Position numbers and translations under genes: made by a program. Of a DNA stretch of 64,000 bases, positions 28,760-38,395 are shown in pieces (positions within the stretch are counted from its first letter, which is position 1; the number at the start of each line of letters is the position of its first letter). The DNA lies in NCBI GenBank assembly GCA_944321715.1, contig CALUMJ010000003.1, positions 22,567 through 86,566 on the forward strand. The letters are read 5' to 3'. The DNA comes from an uncultured Muribaculaceae bacterium. Its GTDB lineage: Bacteria; Bacteroidota; Bacteroidia; Bacteroidales; Muribaculaceae. Below the pieces are notes generated by a model. The model was not told the origin of the DNA. It saw nothing but the letters and a program-made list of their open reading frames with translations, and did no database searches.

Positions 28760-28767
28760 CAAAAATA
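28760..28767 (-). promoter_or_regulatory. candidate -7 box (TATTTTTG) for the DNA alkylation repair gene
   Basis: Overlaps the upstream ATG at 28762, which argues for the ATG at 28717. Confidence 0.4.
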
Positions 28768-28864
28768 ATAAAAAATGTGCAGAAGTTGCAGGTGGCGTAT
28801 AAGAAAATTGGTGTTATGTGCGCATTATTGTTGGCAAATTTATAGTTAATATTGGATTTTATTG

Positions 28865-28872
28865 TAAATTTG
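28865..28872 (+). promoter_or_regulatory. candidate -7 box (TAAATTTG) for the T9SS beta-helix gene
   Basis: 30 nt upstream of ATG 28902. Confidence 0.45.
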
Positions 28873-28901
28873 CTTTGTGTAATTTAAAATATGAAACCAA
28901 C

Positions 28902-30383
28902 ATGAAAAAAACTTTACTTTTATCTTCTATCTTGATTGCTGCCGTGCCGACAGCTTTGGCCGAGTATGTTACCTTAGGCGACGGGACCGAATACACGCTC
29001 GATGCCTTGAGCCAGATTGCAGAAAGTGGTGTGACAAAAGATGGCAGCACATACGTTATGCTCGATAATGTGACCATTGCCGAGGGCGACAAGTTTGCCA
29101 TCGAGGATGGCGTGACCGTGAAAATGGGCGACGGTGTACAGTTGCGTATCGAGGGCGAAGCAAGCCTTGAAGCTGCAACTGCCGTGACTGTGACACGCAA
29201 TGCCGACACTGACAGCCCCGAAGGCATAGGCCTGTTTAGCGAAGCCAAGGATGTTACCGTGGTCAAGGGCATCAACTTCGAGTATGCCGGCTTGCGTGCT
29301 TGGACTACAAAGGAAGTAGTCGTGCGCGACTGCTCGTTTAAGTATTGCAATGGTGAAATATCGTCGGCTGGTGCATTGAGCATGGCCGAGTCGGGAGGCT
29401 TGCTCGACGTTTCCGGGTGCGAGTTCATAGAAAACGCTGTTCCGGCCATAGGTGGTGCTGCAAATTTCAATTATGGAGTGGTGATTGAGGATTGCTACTT
29501 TTATGACAACAATACCGAAAATGCCAACAAACCTCAACTCAATATCACTGTCGGCGGCGACCGCGATATTGTCATAAGGAATAACACCATCGTCGGCAAC
29601 GAACGTAATAAGGTGGGTGCGATAGCCGTGTCGAACATGCTTGGTGCAAGCGGCAGCAACAATGTGCTAATCGAGGGCAACGATATGCGCAAGCACCGTT
29701 ATGGCATCACCACCAATGGTGCCATGAACGTGAGAATAATCGACAACGAGATTGTTGACAACAAGTATGAGTCGAATGCGATGAACGGAGGTAGCGGCAT
29801 AAGCATCTACGATTCGAAATATAACCAGACTGCTATAATTACAGGAAACCACATCGAGGGCAATTTGTGGGGAATAACGGTGATTGGCGGCGGCAATGTG
29901 AACATTGGCAAGACCGAAGACTCATCGGCCGAGGATTACAACCCCGGTGGCAATGTTTTTGTCGATAATGGCAACGGCGGCGTGTTGTATGACCTTTATA
30001 ACAATGGGCAAAATACAATATATGCGCAGGGCAACAAATGGAACGTGGCCGAACAGACCGAGGAACTGATAGAAACTGTGATTACCCACAAGAATGACAA
30101 TGCCAGCCTTGGCGAGGTAATATTTATGCCTCCTATGGGTTCGTCGAGCGTGACCGATGTCGCTACGCAAGGTTGCTATTTCGATAGTCTTGGCAAGCAA
30201 GTTGTGGCAGCAGCTGTCGGTGATGGCGCGCAAGTAGAAGTGTATGCCGCATCGGGTGCGTTGGTGGCTCGTCGTAGCATCGTTGGTGGAACAGCCGACT
30301 TGTCGGACCTCACAAGTGGGGTGTACGTGGTCGTTGTTACTTCCGACAGTGGGAATGAAACTGTGCTCAAGTGCTGCTTGTGA
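28902..30383 (+). CDS. right-handed parallel beta-helix repeat protein with a T9SS C-terminal sorting domain
   Basis: Signal peptide from ATG 28902. Repeated N/G-rich beta-helix turns. The last ~80 aa are CTD-like (GVYVVVVTSDSGNETVLK). Confidence 0.75.
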   Translation: MKKTLLLSSILIAAVPTALAEYVTLGDGTEYTLDALSQIAESGVTKDGSTYVMLDNVTIAEGDKFAIEDGVTVKMGDGVQLRIEGEASLEAATAVTVTRNADTDSPEGIGLFSEAKDVTVVKGINFEYAGLRAWTTKEVVVRDCSFKYCNGEISSAGALSMAESGGLLDVSGCEFIENAVPAIGGAANFNYGVVIEDCYFYDNNTENANKPQLNITVGGDRDIVIRNNTIVGNERNKVGAIAVSNMLGASGSNNVLIEGNDMRKHRYGITTNGAMNVRIIDNEIVDNKYESNAMNGGSGISIYDSKYNQTAIITGNHIEGNLWGITVIGGGNVNIGKTEDSSAEDYNPGGNVFVDNGNGGVLYDLYNNGQNTIYAQGNKWNVAEQTEELIETVITHKNDNASLGEVIFMPPMGSSSVTDVATQGCYFDSLGKQVVAAAVGDGAQVEVYAASGALVARRSIVGGTADLSDLTSGVYVVVVTSDSGNETVLKCCL

Positions 30384-30410
30384 TGATGTAGCATTGTGAG
30401 ATTACAACAA

Positions 30411-30452
30411 TAAGCTCCCGTCGGAAAGATTCTGTCGGGAGCTTATTTTTTT
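30411..30452 (+). terminator. rho-independent terminator after the T9SS beta-helix gene
   Basis: TAAGCTCCCG...CGGGAGCTTA, a 10-bp stem followed by T7. Confidence 0.7.
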
Positions 30453-30730
30453 ATAGCGTTAGGGTAGGGGAGTGTGGCTCTTTGTCAAGGCTAAATTCTC
30501 GTGTATTTATTCGGGAATTTTTAAATATTAAAATCTCAGAGGGATTGTTTTTGCGTAAAGTACATTCTTTCAGTGTAATAGGCGCTATTTTTGCCGTTTC
30601 GGTAAATTTGTGAGAAAAATCGGCATGGCCGGCGTTCATGTTAAAAATCTACATTGGCAGTGTCTTTGGCACAAAATCGATTCTGAAAGGCAATTATTTT
30701 GATAATATAGGCTGTGTTTCGGGAATGCAA

Positions 30731-30858
30731 CACGGCTCTTTCATTTAAAGCGGCACGGGGGGGGACGGCGCAGCCGTCCAACTATGTTGTCACCGACGGT
30801 TACTGGAAATTGGACGGCTTCGCCGCCCTCCAATGTTGCTTTAAATGAAAGAGCCGTG
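30731..30858. repeat. 128-bp inverted-repeat element with a GC-rich core and a G8 tract
   Basis: The 21-bp arms CACGGCTCTTTCATTTAAAGC (30731-30751) and GCTTTAAATGAAAGAGCCGTG (30838-30858) are exact complements. An internal hairpin GACGGC-GCA-GCCGTC is present. G8 lies at 30757-30764. Confidence 0.8.
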
Positions 30859-30910
30859 GTAATGCAAAAAAATCGACAAGTTGTTTTTTTGTATTACGCT
30901 CAACTTGCAC

Positions 30911-30918
30911 TATATTTG
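30911..30918 (+). promoter_or_regulatory. candidate -7 box (TATATTTG) for ybeY
   Basis: 23 nt upstream of ATG 30941. Confidence 0.45.
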
Positions 30919-30940
30919 TACCAATAAACGTGTTACGGGA

Positions 30941-31372
30941 ATGGCAAACATAGTTTTTGAAACAGAAGGCGTGGATATGCCGGCTCTCGACCGTGAGGTT
31001 GTGGAGAAATGGATTGTAGCCGTAGCTAAAGGGTTTGGAAAAGCTGTCGGCACGCTGACGTATATATTTTGCGATGACGATGAGATTATACGCGTCAACC
31101 GTGAATTTCTCAAACACGATTATTACACCGATATTATCACTTTTGACTATTCCACTCGCCGGCGCATCTCGGGCGATATGTATATCTCGCTCGACACTGT
31201 GCGCACTAATGCTGCGCTTTTTGGACGTGAATATGACGATGAGTTGCGGCGTGTGGTAATACATGGAGTGCTGCACTTGCTGGGAATTAACGATAAAGGG
31301 CCTGGCGAACGTGAAGTGATGGAGCAGCACGAAAACGACGCATTGGCGTTGCTTTACAGCGGCAAGTTTTGA
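30941..31372 (+). CDS. ybeY: rRNA maturation endoribonuclease YbeY
   Basis: HGVLHLLGxxD zinc motif. About 143 aa from ATG 30941. Confidence 0.9.
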   Translation: MANIVFETEGVDMPALDREVVEKWIVAVAKGFGKAVGTLTYIFCDDDEIIRVNREFLKHDYYTDIITFDYSTRRRISGDMYISLDTVRTNAALFGREYDDELRRVVIHGVLHLLGINDKGPGEREVMEQHENDALALLYSGKF

Positions 31373-31438
31373 ACTGAACCTTTATGTCCGCTGAGTGTTA
31401 AGATTTGCAGAAACAACAAGATATACTGAAATTAAATA

Positions 31439-33319
31439 ATGAAATTTGACTACGATGTCATCGTGATAGGTGCCGGACACGCCGGTTGCGAGGCGGCATG
31501 TGCTGCCGCGCGGCTTGGTTCGCGCACGCTGTTAATCACGATGGATATGAACAAGATTGCCCAGATGAGTTGCAATCCTGCCGTGGGCGGCATTGCCAAA
31601 GGGCAGATTGTTCGCGAAATCGATGCGCTCGGCGGCCAGATGGGAATGGTTACCGACCGTGCTTCCATTCAATTTAGAATGCTGAATCGCTCGAAGGGCC
31701 CTGCGATGTGGAGTCCTCGCGCGCAAGCCGACCGCACTCGTTTCATTGCCGAGTGGCGCGCTGTAATCGAGAATACCGATAACCTGTATATGTGGCAAGA
31801 CAGCGTAACGGGGCTTATAATCACCGATGGTACGGTGTCGGGTGTGACCACTATGCTGGGCGTGACTTTTACAGCTCGTGCCGTGGTGCTGACGGCTGGC
31901 ACGTTTCTTAACGGGCTTATGCACATAGGGCGCACGATGATTCCCGGAGGACGCATATCCGAGCCTCCATCGCACGGAATTACCGAGCAATTGCGACAAT
32001 TGGGCTTTGAAACGGCACGAATGAAGACCGGTACGCCGGTGCGTATTGATGCCCGTTCGGTGCATTTCGAGGACACAGAAGTACAGGAAGGGGATGCGGA
32101 TTTCCACAAATTTTCGTTTATGCCCGGAGTGAAGCGCACGTTGCGCCAACGCCCTTGCTGGATAGTTTACACCAATCCCGAGGTGCACGACATATTGCGG
32201 GCAGGATTGCCCGATTCGCCGTTGTATAATGGGCAAATCAAGAGCATAGGCCCACGTTACTGCCCGAGCATAGAAACTAAAATTGTGACGTTTGCCGATA
32301 AGACACAGCACCAATTGTTTCTCGAACCCGAAGGCGAAACCACGCAGGAATTTTACCTCAATGGCTTCTCGTCGTCATTGCCGCTTGATGTGCAGTTCAG
32401 GGCATTGCAGAAGATTCCGGCATTGCGCGACGTGCAGATTTACCGCCCGGGCTATGCTATAGAGTATGACTTTTTTGACCCAACGCAACTTACCCATACG
32501 CTCGAAACAAAGCGTATTGCCAACCTGTTTTTTGCAGGGCAGGTCAATGGTACTACTGGGTATGAAGAAGCGGCAGGGCAGGGGCTTGTTGCCGGCATAA
32601 ATGCCCACCAGAAAATAAACGGGTTGCCCCCATTTGTGCTGGCCCGTGACGAGGCCTACATAGGCGTGCTGATTGACGACCTTGTGACAAAGGGGGTAGA
32701 TGAGCCTTACCGCATGTTTACTTCCCGCGCAGAGTATCGCATACTGTTGCGGCAAGATGACGCCGACATGCGCCTTACCGAACGTGCCTACGACCTTGGG
32801 CTTGCCACACGCGAGCGTTACGACCTTATGCTTTCAAAGCGCGGGCAGCGCGACGCATTGATTGGCTATGCCAAGGAGTTTTCTATAAAAGCCTCGATTA
32901 TCAATCCGTCGCTTGAGTCGCTCGGTACGGCACCACTGAAGCAGGGCGTGAAGCTATACGACCTCGTGCTTCGGCCGCAGTTAGACATTGTCAAACTGTC
33001 GCAAATCGTGGCTCCGCTGCGCCAATTCATATCCGAAACCATAGAGGATGAGCGTCGTGACGAGATAGTGGAGTCGGCCGAAATATTGATGAAGTATCAG
33101 GGATATATCGACCGCGAACGCGTCATAGCCGACAAAATCCGTCGGCTTGAGAATGTCAAACTCAAAGGGCGCATCGTGTATGACGACGTAAAATCGCTTT
33201 CGACCGAAGCCCGGCAGAAGCTCTCGCGCATCGACCCCGAAACCATTGCTCAGGCTTCGCGAATCCCGGGCATATCGCCGAGCGACATCAACATATTGCT
33301 TTTGCTGTTAGGCAGATAA
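31439..33319 (+). CDS. mnmG: tRNA uridine-5-carboxymethylaminomethyl synthesis enzyme MnmG (GidA)
   Basis: FAD motif VIVIGAGHAGCEAA. Full-length 626-aa MnmG sequence. Confidence 0.97.
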   Translation: MKFDYDVIVIGAGHAGCEAACAAARLGSRTLLITMDMNKIAQMSCNPAVGGIAKGQIVREIDALGGQMGMVTDRASIQFRMLNRSKGPAMWSPRAQADRTRFIAEWRAVIENTDNLYMWQDSVTGLIITDGTVSGVTTMLGVTFTARAVVLTAGTFLNGLMHIGRTMIPGGRISEPPSHGITEQLRQLGFETARMKTGTPVRIDARSVHFEDTEVQEGDADFHKFSFMPGVKRTLRQRPCWIVYTNPEVHDILRAGLPDSPLYNGQIKSIGPRYCPSIETKIVTFADKTQHQLFLEPEGETTQEFYLNGFSSSLPLDVQFRALQKIPALRDVQIYRPGYAIEYDFFDPTQLTHTLETKRIANLFFAGQVNGTTGYEEAAGQGLVAGINAHQKINGLPPFVLARDEAYIGVLIDDLVTKGVDEPYRMFTSRAEYRILLRQDDADMRLTERAYDLGLATRERYDLMLSKRGQRDALIGYAKEFSIKASIINPSLESLGTAPLKQGVKLYDLVLRPQLDIVKLSQIVAPLRQFISETIEDERRDEIVESAEILMKYQGYIDRERVIADKIRRLENVKLKGRIVYDDVKSLSTEARQKLSRIDPETIAQASRIPGISPSDINILLLLLGR

Positions 33320-33364
33320 CAGCAAAATGTTTCACGTGGAACAATTTTTAAAAACATCATAATA

Positions 33365-33898
33365 ATGGAAAAAGAAAAGGTAGAGAGAATAAAAGCGTCA
33401 CTTCGTGCAATTCCCGATTTCCCGGTTAAAGGGATATTATTTTGGGATGTGACCACTTTGTTTAAAGATGCCGAAGCTCTGCACTTGGTGTGCGGGGAAT
33501 TGAAGAACCTTTATGAAGGGCTCGGGGTAACAAAGGTCGTGGGTATTGAGGCTCGCGGATTCGTGTGCGGCGCAATACTCGCGCATGAACTTGGTGCCGG
33601 ATTTGTGCCTGTGCGCAAACCTGGAAAATTGCCAGCCGACACGGTGAGGAAATCTTATCAAAAAGAGTATGGCGTGGACGAAATCGAAATACACCGTGAC
33701 GCAATCACCGAGGACGATGTGGTGGTGCTGCACGACGACCTGCTTGCTACTGGCGGCACGATGGTCGCTGCATACGAGCTTGTAAGGTCGATGAACCCAA
33801 AGAAAATCTACGTCAGCTTTATTGTAGAACTGGAAGAGCTCGACGGACGCAAAGCATTCCCTGATGATGCCGAAGTGAGCTCGCTCGTGGTGTGCTGA
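33365..33898 (+). CDS. apt: adenine phosphoribosyltransferase
   Basis: PRPP motif VVVLHDDLLATGGT. 177 aa. Confidence 0.93.
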   Translation: MEKEKVERIKASLRAIPDFPVKGILFWDVTTLFKDAEALHLVCGELKNLYEGLGVTKVVGIEARGFVCGAILAHELGAGFVPVRKPGKLPADTVRKSYQKEYGVDEIEIHRDAITEDDVVVLHDDLLATGGTMVAAYELVRSMNPKKIYVSFIVELEELDGRKAFPDDAEVSSLVVC

Positions 33899-33908
33899 TG
33901 GGGGAACA

Positions 33909-35726
33909 GTGGTGAACTTGCGTGAGGACTTAAAGGAAAAGGTAGAACTGCTGCCCGACAGTCCCGGGGTATATCTTTATTACGATAAAGATGGTACGGT
34001 GATATATGTGGGCAAGGCCAAGCGTCTGCGCCGCCGTGTGAGCAGCTATTTCAACCGCGTGCACAGCGTGGCGCGGACCAATATGCTCGTGCGCAACATT
34101 CGTGACTTGCGCTACATCGTGGTGGGAAGTGAAGAAGATGCGCTGCACTTAGAAAATAGCCTGATTAAAGAATACAAGCCACGGTATAATGTTTTGCTCA
34201 AGGACGACAAGTCTTATCCGTGGATTTGTGTTACAAACGAGCTTTATCCGCGAGTGTTCTTGACTCGCACGGTGACTAAGAGCGGCGGCAAATATTTCGG
34301 CCCGTATTCCAATTTGTCGGTTGCGAAAGCTGTAATCGAAACGCTGCGAGAAATGTACCCGATACGCACGTGCCGCTTGCCGATAACCTCCGAAAGCATC
34401 GAGCGACACAAGCATAAAGTGTGCTTGCAGTATCACATCAAAAATTGCCAAGGTTGCTGCGAAGGACTGGTCGATGCGGCGACATACGGCAAATACTTCG
34501 ATGAAATCAAGCAAATATTGAACGGAAATGTGCAGCAAGTGAGCGATTATCTTAAAGACGAAATGGCAAAACTTGCAGCCGAAATGCGCTTCGAGGAAGC
34601 ACAGGAGGTGAAGGAAAAATATCTGCTTGTGGAGCGTTACAAGGCTCGCTCGGTAATTGTGAGTGCCACAATTCACGATGTTGACGTGTATTCGGTCGAT
34701 AGCGACGACGATTGTTACTACATCAATTACATGCACATACGCAACGGCTCGATTGTGCAAAGCCTTACGCTTGAATATCGGAAAAAACTCGATGAAACCG
34801 TTGCCGAAATCCTTTCGATGGCGATAAACGAGGTGCAGACCAAGTTTGAACGTCGTGTGCGTGAAATCATCGTGCCTGAATTGCCCGATGTGGAGTTTGA
34901 GGGCGTGACATTCACCATCCCGCAGAAAGGCGACAAGAAGAAGTTGCTTGAGGTGTCGCTGAAGAATGCAAAGCAGTATAAAATCGACAAACTGAAAACG
35001 TCGGAAAAACTCAATCCCGAACAGCGCACAATGCGTACCTTGACAACGATGCAGCGCGATTTCCATCTCAACGAATTGCCTCGGCACATAGAGTGCTTCG
35101 ACAATTCCAACATACAGGGTACAAATCCTGTTGCATCATGCGTGGTGTTCAAGAATGCTAAACCATCGAAGCGCGATTACCGCCACTTCAACATTAAGAC
35201 CGTTGTGGGTCCCGACGATTTCGCATCGATGAAGGAGGTGCTTACGCGGCGTTACACGCGCCTTATGCAAGAAGGCGAGGAATTGCCCCAGTTGGTCATC
35301 GTCGATGGCGGCAAAGGGCAATTAAGCGCGGCTGTGGAAGCATTCGACGCAATGGGGCTGCGTGGCAAAATCGCTCTCGTGGGCATCGCCAAACGGCTTG
35401 AGGAGATTTATTTTCCGGGCGACAGCGTGCCGCTTTATATCGACAAGAATAGCGAGTCGCTGAAAGTTGTGCAGCACTTGCGCGACGAGGCGCACCGATT
35501 CGGCATTACGCACCACCGCAACCGGCGTAGCAAAGGACAGGTACATTCGGCATTCGACGATATAAAAGGCATTGGCGAAAAAACGCGTGACGCATTGCTC
35601 AAACACTTTAAAAGTTTGAAACGTGTGCGCGAAGCTTCGCTTGAAGATATTGCAGCTGTCGTGGGACCAGCCAAGGCACGGATAGTTTATGACGGATTAA
35701 GAGAAGAAATAGTAGAAACGAAATGA
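33909..35726 (+). CDS. uvrC: excinuclease ABC subunit C
   Basis: GIY-YIG N-terminus (PGVYLYYDKDGTVIYVGKA), UVR domain, endonuclease-V-like domain and C-terminal HhH. GTG start as in the ORF track. Confidence 0.95.
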   Translation: MVNLREDLKEKVELLPDSPGVYLYYDKDGTVIYVGKAKRLRRRVSSYFNRVHSVARTNMLVRNIRDLRYIVVGSEEDALHLENSLIKEYKPRYNVLLKDDKSYPWICVTNELYPRVFLTRTVTKSGGKYFGPYSNLSVAKAVIETLREMYPIRTCRLPITSESIERHKHKVCLQYHIKNCQGCCEGLVDAATYGKYFDEIKQILNGNVQQVSDYLKDEMAKLAAEMRFEEAQEVKEKYLLVERYKARSVIVSATIHDVDVYSVDSDDDCYYINYMHIRNGSIVQSLTLEYRKKLDETVAEILSMAINEVQTKFERRVREIIVPELPDVEFEGVTFTIPQKGDKKKLLEVSLKNAKQYKIDKLKTSEKLNPEQRTMRTLTTMQRDFHLNELPRHIECFDNSNIQGTNPVASCVVFKNAKPSKRDYRHFNIKTVVGPDDFASMKEVLTRRYTRLMQEGEELPQLVIVDGGKGQLSAAVEAFDAMGLRGKIALVGIAKRLEEIYFPGDSVPLYIDKNSESLKVVQHLRDEAHRFGITHHRNRRSKGQVHSAFDDIKGIGEKTRDALLKHFKSLKRVREASLEDIAAVVGPAKARIVYDGLREEIVETK

Positions 35727-36175
35727 AGATAGTAATACAACGTGTGTCGCGGGCATCGGTGACAATTGGCGGCAATCGGTTCAGCTCGATAGGGGCGGGG
35801 CTGATGGTGCTGGTGGGTGTTGTCGAGGGCGACACGGCCGAAGATGTAGATTGGCTCGCACTGAAAACTGTGAATATGCGCATCTTTGACGACGATGCCG
35901 GCGTGATGAACCGCAGCGTGGCCGACGTGAATGGTGAAGTGCTTGCCGTGAGTCAGTTTACGCTTGCCGCATCGACCAAGAAAGGCAACCGGCCGTCGTA
36001 TATCCATGCGGCAAGCCACGAGCTTGCCGTGCCGCTCTATGAGCGTTATTGCGAGCAAGTGCAATCGCTACTCGGGAAAGCCGTTGCTCGTGGGCAATTT
36101 GGCGCAAACATGCAAGTAGAACTTGTCAACGACGGCCCTGTGACAATCATTGTTGATTCAAGGAATAAAGTGTAA
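35723..36175 (+). CDS. dtd: D-aminoacyl-tRNA deacylase
   Basis: 150 aa. MKIVIQRV..., SQFTL and GPVT motifs. ATGA overlap with uvrC. Confidence 0.93.
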   Translation: MKIVIQRVSRASVTIGGNRFSSIGAGLMVLVGVVEGDTAEDVDWLALKTVNMRIFDDDAGVMNRSVADVNGEVLAVSQFTLAASTKKGNRPSYIHAASHELAVPLYERYCEQVQSLLGKAVARGQFGANMQVELVNDGPVTIIVDSRNKV

Positions 36176-36187
36176 ATTTGTGGAGCG

Positions 36188-36517
36188 ATGACTATACAAG
36201 AGGCTCAGAAACGGGTTGACGAATGGATTCACACCTACGGCGTGCGCTATTTCAGCGAACTCACCAATCTTGCAGTCCTTACCGAGGAGGTGGGCGAGCT
36301 GGCACGTGTAATGTCGCGCCGTTATGGCGACCAGTCGTTCAAGCCCGGTGAGAATCCCGATGCGTTGTCCGAGGAGCTTGCCGACGTGCTGTGGGTGTTG
36401 CTGTGTATTGCCAACCAGACGGGAGTTGACCTCACCGCAGCCCTGGAAGCGAGCATCGAAAAGAAAACTCGCCGTGACAGCACACGCCACCTCCAAAATG
36501 AGAAACTAAAACGTTAA
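36188..36517 (+). CDS. MazG-like nucleotide pyrophosphohydrolase
   Basis: 109 aa with EExGE...ELADVLW motifs. Confidence 0.85.
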   Translation: MTIQEAQKRVDEWIHTYGVRYFSELTNLAVLTEEVGELARVMSRRYGDQSFKPGENPDALSEELADVLWVLLCIANQTGVDLTAALEASIEKKTRRDSTRHLQNEKLKR

Positions 36518-36521
36518 GATA

Positions 36522-37442
36522 ATGGAACACGAACACAATCATGAACATGAGCAGCCTGTTACCGACAAGTATGTGCAGGCTATTAACGAGAGCAATGTCA
36601 CGACCGATGACTTGCAAGTGAAAAACAGCGTGGAGAAATTGCTTGCCGAGCATCTTGACGAGAACCGCTCGGAGAGCGTTTACCAGTTTATGTTTAATTG
36701 CATAGACCTCACGACACTCAACAGCACCGACAGCGAGCGGTCGGTGGCAGCATTCACGCGCCGTGTGAACGATTTCGAAGAGAATTATCCGCAGTATCCC
36801 AATGTGGCTGCCATCTGCGTGTATTCCAATTTTGCCAGCGTTGTGCGCCAGACGCTCGAAGTGAGCGAGGTGAACATTGCTGTTTGCTCGGCAAATTTCC
36901 CTTCGTCGCAAGCCCATTTGGAAGTGAAATGCGCCGAAACCGCGCTTGCCGTTGCCGATGGCGCCGACGAGGTTGACATAGTGTTCAACCTCGGCTATTT
37001 TGCCGATGGCGCATACGAGGATTTGTGTGATGAAATCGCCGAAATCAAGGAAGCCGCTGGCAGTGCAAGGCTGAAAGTGATTCTCGAAACAGGAGCGTTA
37101 AAAACAGCCGAGAATATACGTGCGGCTTCGATATTGTCGATGTATTCGGGTGCCGATTTCATCAAGACCTCGACTGGAAAGATTTATCCAGGTGCTTCGC
37201 TCGAAGCAGCATGGGTGATGTGCCAATGTATAAAAGAGTATTACGAGCGTCACGGCATCATGGTGGGCTTCAAAGTGTCGGGTGGTGTGCGCACAACCGA
37301 AGATGCGCTTAAATATTACACCATAGTTAAGGAAGTGCTGGGCGAGAAGTGGCTCACGAACGAATATTTCCGCATCGGAGCATCGAGCCTTGCCAACAAC
37401 CTGTTTGCCGATATTACGGGTGAACAAAAGGCCGTGTTCTGA
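36522..37442 (+). CDS. deoC: deoxyribose-phosphate aldolase (long form)
   Basis: FIKTSTGK active-site Lys motif in a TIM-barrel-length ORF of 306 aa. Confidence 0.88.
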   Translation: MEHEHNHEHEQPVTDKYVQAINESNVTTDDLQVKNSVEKLLAEHLDENRSESVYQFMFNCIDLTTLNSTDSERSVAAFTRRVNDFEENYPQYPNVAAICVYSNFASVVRQTLEVSEVNIAVCSANFPSSQAHLEVKCAETALAVADGADEVDIVFNLGYFADGAYEDLCDEIAEIKEAAGSARLKVILETGALKTAENIRAASILSMYSGADFIKTSTGKIYPGASLEAAWVMCQCIKEYYERHGIMVGFKVSGGVRTTEDALKYYTIVKEVLGEKWLTNEYFRIGASSLANNLFADITGEQKAVF

Positions 37443-37475
37443 CTCCTCGCCGAACATTGCAACGTAATGATTTAG

Positions 37476-37538
37476 GAGGGTGTGCCGAAATGAGAATCTG
37501 TGTGCTTGCAGAAACATTTCGGCACATCCTCTTTTCTT
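37476..37538 (+). terminator. long hairpin terminator after deoC
   Basis: GAGGGTGTGCCGAAATG...CATTTCGGCACATCCTC (17-bp stem, 1 mismatch) followed by TTTTCTT. Confidence 0.65.
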
Positions 37539-37597
37539 GTAGCACAACAACGTGATTGCCGCATTACGGTATGGAAATGATGTGCGGAGCCGTATGC

Positions 37598-37624
37598 CAT
37601 GCGATGTTGTTGAATGGCCATTTC
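37598..37624. repeat. 27-bp direct repeat, left copy
   Basis: CATGCGATGTTGTTGAATGGCCATTTC, identical to 38343-38369. Confidence 0.9.
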
Positions 37625-37696
37625 GGGGTACACAAAATTCGATGCTATTGCCTTGAAAAAAACACCTAATTTGTTTGTTATTTACCTAATACTAAT

Positions 37697-37704
37697 TATT
37701 TTTG
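37697..37704 (+). promoter_or_regulatory. candidate -7 box (TATTTTTG) for the MNT gene
   Basis: 22 nt upstream of GTG 37726. Confidence 0.4.
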
Positions 37705-37725
37705 CTTTGAGCAAATATTACAGTC

Positions 37726-38022
37726 GTGAAAACCAAAGAAGAATATGAGGCTCTTATATTGTCACATGCCGAGGAACTCAAAACGATATTCGGCATAAAA
37801 TCGCTGCGCCTATTCGGGTCGGTATCCCGGGGGGAACATCATAATGGCAGTGATATTGATATTTGCGTGGAAATGGAACCAAAGGCCTACAGAATAGAAG
37901 GACTGAAACGTTTCTTGGAAAAATTACTATGCTGTTCAGTTGATATTGTAAGGCAACACAAACACCTCAACCCACTACTACTTAAAGAAATAGAAAATGA
38001 CGGCATATACCTCATCAAATAA
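37726..38022 (+). CDS. MNT-type nucleotidyltransferase (antitoxin half of a HEPN/MNT pair)
   Basis: GSVSRGEHHNGSDIDICV (GSxxRG...DxD). 98 aa, GTG start. Confidence 0.8.
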   Translation: MKTKEEYEALILSHAEELKTIFGIKSLRLFGSVSRGEHHNGSDIDICVEMEPKAYRIEGLKRFLEKLLCCSVDIVRQHKHLNPLLLKEIENDGIYLIK

Positions 38023-38228
38023 TCGCATTCACGACATTTTTAAGCAGATAAAAGTTGCCATAATTAATTTGCAAACATGGAATGCCGCGGTGAACTCACC
38101 CGAACATTGCACACGGCTATTTCGATATTGACGGCGAAATAGTTTTTGATATAGTGAAAAACGACCTTGATAGCCTACTCTCTGCAATTAACCACTTCAT
38201 TGACAAAACAAAGCCAAACGACCAATAA
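37997..38228 (+). pseudogene. decayed HEPN (DUF86/HepT-like) toxin gene
   Basis: ATG 37997 overlaps the MNT end and reads MTAYTSSNNRIHDIFKQIKVAIINLQTW... to a stop at about 38137. A second frame (38094-38228) reads THPNIAHGYFDIDGEIVFDIVKNDL..., which resembles a HepT C-terminus. The total is only ~77 codons, against more than 110 expected. Confidence 0.5.
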
Positions 38229-38296
38229 TGGCACAAAGTTTGACCATTTTGCTCGTCATGTATCAACCACATAACCTTGCTGCTTGTGGGCGTGCC

Positions 38297-38369
38297 GAAA
38301 TGGCCATTCAACAACCATCGTAATAATACGCATATACGCTTTCATGCGATGTTGTTGAATGGCCATTTC
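38297..38369. repeat. 27-bp direct repeat, right copy (38343-38369), plus a 19-bp inverted partner (38297-38315)
   Basis: GAAATGGCCATTCAACAAC at 38297-38315 is the exact complement of 38351-38369. The right copy is identical to 37598-37624. Confidence 0.9.
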
Positions 38370-38395
38370 AGTTTCCTCTCGTAGTGCTTCGCAGC

